64,000 nucleotides of DNA from NCBI GenBank assembly GCA_044345375.1, contig JBIJBF010000005.1, positions 19,932 to 83,931 of the forward strand, read 5' to 3'. Under the pieces are notes generated by a model. The model worked only from the letters and a program-made list of their open reading frames with translations, had not been told where the DNA came from and did not search any database. The first letter of the stretch is position 1; each line of letters starts with the position of its first letter. Both the position numbers and the translations under genes were made by a program. Positions 17,536-24,926 of the stretch are shown piece by piece. Origin of the DNA: Alphaproteobacteria bacterium. GTDB lineage: Bacteria; Pseudomonadota; Alphaproteobacteria; CAISOG01.

Positions 17536-17619
17536 AAAATTGTGTTCTTTGGCGCGCGGCGGTTCTCGCGGCGTATATTCCCCCTTGGTTGATGGATATA
17601 TTTGGGCTATGGTGGCGGT

Positions 17620-17695
17620 GCACCCGTAGCTCAGGGGATAGAGCGCTTCCCTCCGAAGGAAGAGGTCGCACGTTCAATTCGTGTCGGGTGCACCA
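17620..17695 (+). tRNA. tRNA-Arg (anticodon CCG)
   Basis: Cloverleaf folds by hand: acceptor GCACCCG/CGGGTGC, D-arm GCTC/GAGC, anticodon stem CTTCC/GGAAG with loop CUCCGAA, T-arm GCACG-TTCAATT-CGTGT, 3' ACCA encoded. Confidence 0.9.
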
Positions 17696-17699
17696 GAAC

Positions 17700-19034
17700 T
17701 CAATCCAAAATCGCTGCAAAAAACCCATCCAGCCCTTTAAAGGCCTGTTTTAGCTGGCTGGCGGTCAGGCAATAGGGCGGCATCAGGTATAAGGTGTTGC
17801 CAAGGGGGCGCAGCAAAAGCCCGTGCTGGATCGCTAGTTGGCGCAGGCCGACGCTAAAGCTGCTGCCGTAACCAGCTGGTTGTTCTGCCAAATCCACCGC
17901 CAGGATATTGCCGCAGCGCCGCCAGCGCACCAGTTGTGGGTAGCGCGCGGCAAACACGGTGCCAATCTCTTGATACCAAGCCTGCAAGCGTTCCATCGCC
18001 TGCCATGCTTCGGGTCGATCAAACAAGGCCAAGCTGGCCGCCGCCGCCGCGCAGGCGATTGGGTTGCCGCAAAAACTGCTGCTGTGGGCAAAGCCCTGCT
18101 GCCAATCATGGGCGTTAAAAACCTGATAAATCGATTCCTGGGTGATGGTTAGCGCCAGCGGCAGCACCCCACCGCTTAGCCCCTTGGAAAGGCACAAAAT
18201 ATCGGGAACGATCGCCGGCTCAAGCTTTTGATGCGCGAACAACCGACCGGTGCGGCCAAAGCCGGTCATGATTTCATCGAAAATCACCAGCACGCCGGCC
18301 TGCTGAAATTTGGCCACGAGGCGGTTCAGAAATTGCGGCCGGCACATCCGCATGCCGCCCGCCCCCTGCACCAACGGCTCCACAATCAGCGCGATCAGGG
18401 TGTTGCCCTGTTGATCCAGCAGCCGATCGGCGGCGGCCAAGGCGGCGGCCTCCCGCCCCTCAACCGCATCATCGCCAGCCCAGGTTTCGGGAAAGGGGAT
18501 GGTATCGACCGCGAACAGCCAATCGCGAAAATTCTGGCTGTAGCTAAGCTGGCCGCTGATCGACATCGCGCCAAAGGTTTCGCCGTGATAGGCGCCGTCA
18601 AAGGCCACAAACCGCTGCCGCTGCGGCTGACCCAGGTTGCGCCAATATTGCGCCGCCTGTTTCAGCGCAATCTCAACCGCCACCGCGCCGCTCTCGCTAA
18701 AAAAATAGCGGCTAAGCTGGGCGGGCAGTTTGGGGCGCAACCCCTGCACCACCGCGGTGGCGGCAGGATGGGCAACGCCGCCAAAGATCACATGATCCAG
18801 CTGTTTCACCTGACGCGCAACCGCCGCTGCGATGGCTGGATGGCCATGGCCATGCACGTTCACCCACCAGGATGAGATCATGTCCAGCACCCGCGTGCCT
18901 GCGGCGCTGTAAAGCCATGGCCCCTTAGCCCGCACCACCGCCAGCAATTCTGGTTCTAGCTTGGTCAAGGTCAGCGGGTGCCAGATGTGATCCCGATCCT
19001 GCTGCTGCCAATCCCAATTCGCCTGTTGATCCAT
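17700..19034 (-). CDS. bioA: Adenosylmethionine-8-amino-7-oxononanoate aminotransferase
   Basis: RDHIWHPLT N-terminus, SSWW..HGHGHP, a class-III aminotransferase core (FDEIMTGFGRTG, LSKGLSGG). Start placed at MDQQANWDW (19034). The 567-aa ORF extension upstream has no BioA counterpart. Confidence 0.85.
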   Translation of the reverse strand: MDQQANWDWQQQDRDHIWHPLTLTKLEPELLAVVRAKGPWLYSAAGTRVLDMISSWWVNVHGHGHPAIAAAVARQVKQLDHVIFGGVAHPAATAVVQGLRPKLPAQLSRYFFSESGAVAVEIALKQAAQYWRNLGQPQRQRFVAFDGAYHGETFGAMSISGQLSYSQNFRDWLFAVDTIPFPETWAGDDAVEGREAAALAAADRLLDQQGNTLIALIVEPLVQGAGGMRMCRPQFLNRLVAKFQQAGVLVIFDEIMTGFGRTGRLFAHQKLEPAIVPDILCLSKGLSGGVLPLALTITQESIYQVFNAHDWQQGFAHSSSFCGNPIACAAAAASLALFDRPEAWQAMERLQAWYQEIGTVFAARYPQLVRWRRCGNILAVDLAEQPAGYGSSFSVGLRQLAIQHGLLLRPLGNTLYLMPPYCLTASQLKQAFKGLDGFFAAILD

Positions 19035-19109
19035 GCCGGATTTTCCTGTTGCTTTGGTTGCGGTAATGATAAAATTGCTGATAAGCGGAAGGGAGACAAG
19101 CGGGTTGTC

Positions 19110-20084
19110 ATGAGCGTTGGATTCAAACATTTTGCCGGTTGGTTCCGCCGTTGGCCATTGTCTATTCAGGGAACGGGGCAGGGAAATGGCCATCGGCAAG
19201 GTCATATCAACGCGCTGCTGGCCTTTTTGTTGTTGGCGGTGATGAGCGCGGCGGTTAAGGGGTTGGATGGCAAAACCCCGCTGATCATGATCCTGTTCTC
19301 CCGCTTTCTGTTCGGTTTTCTTTGCCAATTGCCCCTGCTGCTGCGCCCCAACCATTGGCCAAAATTGCTGGCCAGCAAGCAGTACAACGGCCATATCGTG
19401 CATGCGCTGTTTGGCCTAAGCGCGGTGGGGCTAAACTTTTTCGCGCTGCCGCAATTGCCGCTCGGGGATGCCAGCGCGCTTAGCCTGCTGACCCCGCTGT
19501 TGATGCTGCTGTTGGCGCCCACGATTATGGATGAGGTGGTCACCCCACGCCAATGGCTGATGGTGGGCACGGGGTTTTTGGGGGTGTTGCTGATTGCCCG
19601 CCCCACCGGCAGCTTGGCCAGCTGGCCGGTGTTTTTGATGATCATCGCCGCCATTTTTGCCGCCCTTAGCCAGCTGATGGTGCGCCGCCTAACCACGACC
19701 GACAGCAACGCGACGATTTTCACCTATTACCATCTCAGCGCCCTGTTGCTGCTGGCTTGGTTTATGCCCGCCAGTTGGCACAACCCCGATTGGCAGGAGT
19801 GGATTTTGCTGTTGGTGGTGGGGCTGGCCGGCGGTTTGGCGCAAATGCTGCTGACCCAGGCCTATCGCCTGTTGCCTGCTACCCAGGCCTCGCCCTATGA
19901 ATACACCAGCTTTGTCTGGAGCGTGCTGTTTGGTTTGCTGATCTGGCATGAACAGCCCCATCGTTTGATGCTGCTGGGTGGAGCCATCATCATCGCCAGC
20001 AGCTGGTGGTGCAACCGACACGCGCTGAAAAATTGGCGCCATCGCCCGGATGAAGCGGATGATGCACAGCTGAATTTGCTATAG
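19110..20084 (+). CDS. EamA/DMT-family transporter
   Basis: Ten transmembrane helices in the 4+1/4+1 EamA pattern. Start placed at the ATG at 19110 after a GGGAGA Shine-Dalgarno. Confidence 0.65.
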   Translation: MSVGFKHFAGWFRRWPLSIQGTGQGNGHRQGHINALLAFLLLAVMSAAVKGLDGKTPLIMILFSRFLFGFLCQLPLLLRPNHWPKLLASKQYNGHIVHALFGLSAVGLNFFALPQLPLGDASALSLLTPLLMLLLAPTIMDEVVTPRQWLMVGTGFLGVLLIARPTGSLASWPVFLMIIAAIFAALSQLMVRRLTTTDSNATIFTYYHLSALLLLAWFMPASWHNPDWQEWILLLVVGLAGGLAQMLLTQAYRLLPATQASPYEYTSFVWSVLFGLLIWHEQPHRLMLLGGAIIIASSWWCNRHALKNWRHRPDEADDAQLNLL

Positions 20085-20426
20085 GCTGTCTGTATAGATT
20101 TTCAGGGCGTTTAAGCCGTTATAGGCTTCATGCAGGAACTGCTTGGTGGATTGATCGGTCTTTTTCCAGTTTTGCAGTTGGCTGGCGGTTTCAATCTCCT
20201 GCGCCAGCTCCTGCAACCGCATCAGGCCAACGCCGGCACAGGTGGATTTAAGAGCGTGAATTTGTTCTTTGATGGCAGGATAATCTTTGGCGGTGGATGC
20301 CTGCTGCAGCAATTGACATCGCTCCTGAAATTCATCCACAAACACTTCCAGCAAATTGCCGATGCATCCAGCCCCGATGGAATCAATCAGGTTGTCCAAA
20401 ACATCAGGTATAAAAATTGCTTGCAT
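20079..20426 (-). CDS. Stand-alone histidine phosphotransfer (Hpt) protein
   Basis: About 115 aa with an HALKSTCAGVGL phospho-His helix typical of Hpt domains. Confidence 0.65.
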   Translation of the reverse strand: MQAIFIPDVLDNLIDSIGAGCIGNLLEVFVDEFQERCQLLQQASTAKDYPAIKEQIHALKSTCAGVGLMRLQELAQEIETASQLQNWKKTDQSTKQFLHEAYNGLNALKIYTDSL

Positions 20427-20555
20427 GGAGCGATCCCTAAAAAAAATTCACATTCAACCAAGATTAACGCTAAAGTGGCTGGGCGTTTCCTGTCGTCTTT
20501 ATCCAAGCATAGGAATGTTGCGGTTACTATTCCCTTAAAAGGATAATACGGCGGT

Positions 20556-21119
20556 ATGTCACCTTATATCATTTTGATGCGCCATGCTCAGGCAGCCTTT
20601 GAGGACGCCAATGGTGTGTCCATCCCGGATCATGCACGTCCCCTGACCTGGGCGGGGGAACAGCAGTGTGTGGCTCAGCGGCAGCGGTTGTTGGCGATGG
20701 ATCTGTGCCCCGATCTGATTGTGCATTCTTCATCCCGCCGCACCACCCAAACCGCTGAGCAGGTTGCCCCCAGCCCGCAAATTCCCAGATTGGCTGAGGC
20801 AAAGCTGTACAATGGCCAACAGGATGTTGGTGCCGACGGTTATTGGCGGCTGGCGATCCGTCATTATCAGACCGCGCAACCACAACAGGGCATGATGCTG
20901 ATCGGCCATAACCCCATCATCAGCGTGCTGGCCAGCAAGTTGCTGGCGGATGCGGAGGATTTGGCGGTTGCAGGATCTGTGCAGGGATCATTTCAGGGAT
21001 CTTTTAGCCCCGCTGACATGTTGCTGATCCTGTTGCCCTTGGATGCAAAACTTGCCCAGCCGAATGCCAGTTGGCGGTTCAGCTTTTTGCCGTCTAAAGA
21101 TGGGTTAACACATCCCTAG
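20556..21119 (+). CDS. Histidine-phosphatase-superfamily protein, SixA-like phosphohistidine phosphatase
   Basis: ILMRHAQA...RPLT..G at the N-terminus and HSSSRRTTQTA, as in SixA. Divergently arranged with the Hpt gene. Confidence 0.6.
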   Translation: MSPYIILMRHAQAAFEDANGVSIPDHARPLTWAGEQQCVAQRQRLLAMDLCPDLIVHSSSRRTTQTAEQVAPSPQIPRLAEAKLYNGQQDVGADGYWRLAIRHYQTAQPQQGMMLIGHNPIISVLASKLLADAEDLAVAGSVQGSFQGSFSPADMLLILLPLDAKLAQPNASWRFSFLPSKDGLTHP

Positions 21120-22068
21120 CCTGATTGATTCTGGCTGCCAGCTGCACATCGCCGCCATGATCGGGATGGTTCTTGATCATCAACCGTCGATGCGCGGTGC
21201 GGATTTGTTCGGGGGTAGGGTCTGCAGCTAGTGCCAGCAATTTCAGGGCTTCTGGAACGCTCATGCCGCCATAGCGTGGTGGCGGCGGTGGGGGAGGGGG
21301 TGGAGATTTAGGTGTGGGGGATGGTGGCGACGCTTGGGCGGATGCGCCTGGCGCTGGCTTGCTGGTGTGCGTTTTAGGTGGCGTCTTGGATTGATTGGCG
21401 ACGGCAGGTGCGGGTTTTTTTTGTGCATTGGCCTTAATTGGGGGGACCGGCGCAAGGGCACTGCGCAAAAAAAACGCTATCCCGTTTAACCCTAACTGCA
21501 ACCCGCCCACCAACAATTTGCACGCCCCGCCAATGGATGGCCTGAAGCTTTTAAAACGTTTTCCTACCCGCAATCGATAGTCCTTCCGCCAAAACTTTGC
21601 CCATTGTTGGCGCAGATGTTTTTTCCGGCCTATCGGTGGTGGATAGAGGCCAAAAACCCGCCGCCAATCATCCGCCCGAAAATCCGGGGGCTGATAGCGC
21701 ATGGCCGCCAGCACGGCGTCGCTTGCAAAATAGCGCCGCCAATAATGCACCGCCAGCACCGCAATCAGGGCAAATGTCAGCCCCAATTGCCATTCATGCT
21801 GCCACAACAAATGTGCGGACATGGCCAGCAATAGTCCCAGCACAAAGGCACGCAGCATCAGCTGAACCAGGCGTGGTCTTGCCAGAATAAACAGGCGCAC
21901 CAAGCCCAGCACGGCAAAAAACACCGCCAGCATGATGCAAAACCAAAAGGCTTCTTGTACTTGGGTGTTGGCCTGCGGCAGCAGCACCGCCAATCGGTTA
22001 ACAGCAGCCGTAATTGGTGGGTATAACCAAGCTTCCAGCGATTGATCCAGAGAGTAAGCGGGCATCAA
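21094..22068 (-). CDS. Membrane-anchored J-domain protein (DjlA-like architecture) with a poly-proline linker
   Basis: N-terminal transmembrane helices, a Pro/Lys/Ala-rich linker containing PPPPPPPPPP, and a C-terminal J domain with the HPD motif (MIKNHPDHGGD). Confidence 0.7.
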   Translation of the reverse strand: MMPAYSLDQSLEAWLYPPITAAVNRLAVLLPQANTQVQEAFWFCIMLAVFFAVLGLVRLFILARPRLVQLMLRAFVLGLLLAMSAHLLWQHEWQLGLTFALIAVLAVHYWRRYFASDAVLAAMRYQPPDFRADDWRRVFGLYPPPIGRKKHLRQQWAKFWRKDYRLRVGKRFKSFRPSIGGACKLLVGGLQLGLNGIAFFLRSALAPVPPIKANAQKKPAPAVANQSKTPPKTHTSKPAPGASAQASPPSPTPKSPPPPPPPPPRYGGMSVPEALKLLALAADPTPEQIRTAHRRLMIKNHPDHGGDVQLAARINQARDVLTHL

Positions 22069-22121
22069 GGAGCAACCTTAAGCAGAGCAAGTTATGCGAA
22101 CGCTGCGCAGGAAAGCACCCG

Positions 22122-22991
22122 CTAGGCGGTTGCCGCGACGGCGGCTGCCGCTGGTTTCAGCCTGATAGCATCCAACAAGGTGCGCAATTCCTGGCGGGCC
22201 GCGATATGGGACAGCGACAGGGTTTCGCCAACCGCCACCAGATCCAAGAGCGTTAAGCCTTTTAGGAACATCTCACGGAAGATTACCCGCTCACACAACC
22301 CTGGCACCACCCGAAAACCGATGCGCTTGGACAGATAATCGATCGCCGCGGCCACATCCCGCTTGTTGCGGGCATCCAACTGGCTCAGGCGGTTACGCAT
22401 CACGATCCAATCCAGGCTGCCGCCATCGCGCGCCGCCCGTCGTTTTTTTGCTTCCCAAACCATGGCGCTGTAGACGCTGGGTTTGGGGTTTTGCAAATTG
22501 TCGGCCGACACCTCAGCCAGCATCGCAAAATCTAGGAAACTGTCGTTCAGGGGGGTAATCAGGGTATCGGCGTAAGAATGCGCCAGCCGCGACAAAAATG
22601 TATCGCTGCCTGGGCAATCAACCACCAGGGTGTCACAGCCCGCCTCGATAATTTGCGCCAATTTGGCCTCAAACTGCTGCCGATCCTCCCCCTGCGCCTC
22701 ATTCGCGTTGGGCAAATTGCTGGGCACCAAGGTTTCATGGAACGACACGGGCAAATCAAACTGATGTTTGCTGACATAGGTGCGGCGGTTGGCCAAATAC
22801 GCGCTTAAGGTTCCCTGACGGGCATCCAAATCAAGGCTGGCAACATTTCGCCCCTCCAACAACAAAGACACCAGCAGATGCACCGCCGTGGTTGATTTGC
22901 CAGCACCACCCTTTTCATTGCCAACCACGATAACGCTTAGACCCGCGGTATTCATATTGCTTGAAGTGCTGAGATTGTTTGTATCGTTCAT
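22122..22991 (-). CDS. mipZ: Division-plane positioning ATPase MipZ (ParA/MinD superfamily)
   Basis: VIVVGNEKGGAGKSTTAVHL Walker A and extensive collinearity with Caulobacter MipZ (VLRNRL...ARNKR, HLAARQELR). Confidence 0.8.
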   Translation of the reverse strand: MNDTNNLSTSSNMNTAGLSVIVVGNEKGGAGKSTTAVHLLVSLLLEGRNVASLDLDARQGTLSAYLANRRTYVSKHQFDLPVSFHETLVPSNLPNANEAQGEDRQQFEAKLAQIIEAGCDTLVVDCPGSDTFLSRLAHSYADTLITPLNDSFLDFAMLAEVSADNLQNPKPSVYSAMVWEAKKRRAARDGGSLDWIVMRNRLSQLDARNKRDVAAAIDYLSKRIGFRVVPGLCERVIFREMFLKGLTLLDLVAVGETLSLSHIAARQELRTLLDAIRLKPAAAAVAATA

Positions 22992-23042
22992 AAAAACACC
23001 AAAATCTGTTGTGACGAATAAAACCTATACGCATAAATCTAA

Positions 23043-23120
23043 TGGGGCGAGTGATGGGATTTGAACCCACGACATCCAGAACCACAATCTGGCGCTCTAA
23101 CCAACTGAGCTACACCCGCC
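23043..23120 (-). tRNA. tRNA-His (anticodon GTG) with G-1 and an 8-bp acceptor stem
   Basis: Reverse complement reads GGCGGGTG-TA-GCTC...GAGC, anticodon loop UUGUGGU, T-arm GTGGG-TTCAAAT-CCCAT, 3' CACTCGCC-CCA. Confidence 0.9.
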
Positions 23121-23376
23121 ACGCTCTGGCATTTAAGCGATTTTCTTCACGCATGGCAAGCCCCCGCCAACGCATTTGCATTCTATGTTTAGCTTATGGA
23201 TTCCCTTAGGGGGGGGCGGTGAAAGCGGTTGGAGGATGCGGGCCGAATGCCTAGAAAGCTTGACAGAAGTGCATAACAAGACATACTCCAGAGCATCCAA
23301 GATGATGGCCGTTGTTTGTACTTCGATTGATTTTTTTTGAACCTAACCGCTAATTAATACGTAAAAAGGTTTAATT

Positions 23377-23949
23377 TTGTGCGCTTTTTTTGATGAAAAC
23401 CCCTGTGCAACTGGGCGCTTAACTTCCGTTGTTTGGCGGCGTTTGTGGGGTTTGGCAGGTTTTTTTCTGCTGGCGTTGTTGGGGCTTGGTGCTGAAAAGC
23501 TGTTGGCTGCTCCCGTGCGCGCCAGCACCACGGTTTCAGCCTCCTCCCTGTTGGTGATTCAGCTGACCGCGCTGGAGGAGTTGCAGTTTGGCCGCTTGAT
23601 TAAGCCATCATCTGGCACAACCAGTTTCAAAATCAACAATCCCAATGGTTCCATCACGGTTTCTGGTGGCAACGGCATGAATTTGGATAACGGTGTTTCG
23701 GGCAGTATAAAGGTTCAGGGAACACCCGCCGAAACTTTTACCTTGCAAATCAGCGATGCGGTTTGTGATGACCCCAACATGACCTTTAAGGAGCAGGTTT
23801 TCTGGTTGAATGGCACCCCAGGAACCTCTTTTGTGTTTGCGGAACCAGGTGGTGAGAATGTCTTGCGTTATGGCGGCAATTTAACCGTTGGTGCGGCCAC
23901 CAAGCCTGGTTATCGTCAGTGCATGTTCTACACGGGCGCATCCTACTGA
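23377..23949 (+). CDS. Secreted DUF4402/spore-coat-U-like beta-sandwich protein, putative fibre subunit 1
   Basis: TTG start after an AAAGG Shine-Dalgarno. Signal peptide (FFLLALLGLGAEKLLAAPV), Gly/Thr-rich beta-strand segments (ITVSGGNGMNLDNGVSGSIKVQGTPAETFTLQI) and a C-terminal ...Y. First gene of the chaperone-usher-like cluster. Confidence 0.5.
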   Translation: MCAFFDENPCATGRLTSVVWRRLWGLAGFFLLALLGLGAEKLLAAPVRASTTVSASSLLVIQLTALEELQFGRLIKPSSGTTSFKINNPNGSITVSGGNGMNLDNGVSGSIKVQGTPAETFTLQISDAVCDDPNMTFKEQVFWLNGTPGTSFVFAEPGGENVLRYGGNLTVGAATKPGYRQCMFYTGASY

Positions 23950-23990
23950 TGGTCATTGATAGATTTTTAAATCATAGATGGAGAGTAACA

Positions 23991-24926
23991 ATGGACTTTG
24001 AACAATCGAAAATATTCGCGCGGGGGCGTCGGCTGCTGGTTGGCGGATTTTTGCTGGGGGTCTTTTGGGCAATCTCCACGCCAACGGGTATACAGGTTGC
24101 AAGCGCGCAGGATGCGGCAGCCGCTGACAAGGTTGAGGAGCCGGTTGAGGCGGGTGGTTTGGGCAGCGTGGGGATTACCAAGACCCGTGTGGTGTTTGAG
24201 GGGCGCAAGCGCAGCGATTCGGTGGTGCTGATCAACCGTGGTACGCGCAAAACCACCTATCGCATCTTTTTTCAAAATTTGCGCATGTCGGTCGATGGAC
24301 AATACACCGAGATTAAGGAGCCCGCTGCGGGGGAGAATTTTGCCCAGGGCTTGGTAAGTTTTTCACCACGCCAGGTCACCTTGGAACCATCGGCGACCCA
24401 AACCATCCGCCTAACCGTAAGAACGCCTGAGGGTACGGTGCCGGGTGAATACCGTTCTCACTTATACTTCCAGGCTTTGCCGTCGGATGATGTTGGCACC
24501 AACATTGAGTCGGTTGGTGGCAAGGAGGATCGTTTGCAGGTGCAAATGGTGCCAATTTATGGCCTGTCCATTCCCATTATTGTGCGGGTTGGTGAGCTGC
24601 AGGCCACGGCTTCCCTGAAAAATGTGTCGGTGGTCACCAATCCTGAGGGTGGGCAGGCGATTAAATTTGATGCACTGCGTGAGGGGTCTAAGTCGGTCTA
24701 TGGCGATGTGACCGCGCTTTATACCCCAGTTGGCGGTTCTGAACGGCCGGTTGGGGAGATTCGTGGGGTGGCGGTGCTGACCCCGAATGATCGCCGCACC
24801 TTGCAATTGCCGCTGCAACTGACCGATAAAAAACCTTTGGCGGGCGGCAGTTTGCATATCCAATACCGCACCCAAGAGGATGATGGGCGTCAGTTGATCG
24901 CTGAGTCGACCGTAAAACTGCCATGA
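23991..24926 (+). CDS. Periplasmic pilus-assembly chaperone (PapD-like, two Ig-fold domains)
   Basis: Signal peptide, then GITKTRVVFEGRKRSDSVVLINRGTRKTTYRIFF..., a chaperone-usher chaperone N-domain pattern. The stop overlaps the usher start (ATGA). Confidence 0.6.
   Translation: MDFEQSKIFARGRRLLVGGFLLGVFWAISTPTGIQVASAQDAAAADKVEEPVEAGGLGSVGITKTRVVFEGRKRSDSVVLINRGTRKTTYRIFFQNLRMSVDGQYTEIKEPAAGENFAQGLVSFSPRQVTLEPSATQTIRLTVRTPEGTVPGEYRSHLYFQALPSDDVGTNIESVGGKEDRLQVQMVPIYGLSIPIIVRVGELQATASLKNVSVVTNPEGGQAIKFDALREGSKSVYGDVTALYTPVGGSERPVGEIRGVAVLTPNDRRTLQLPLQLTDKKPLAGGSLHIQYRTQEDDGRQLIAESTVKLP

Noticed and set aside
19035-19403. N-terminal 123-aa extension of the bioA ORF (MHDMAVVLLAG...)
   Set aside because: No counterpart in BioA proteins and it overlaps the EamA gene region. 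The conserved BioA N-terminus (RDHIWHP) begins right after the internal ATG at 19034.
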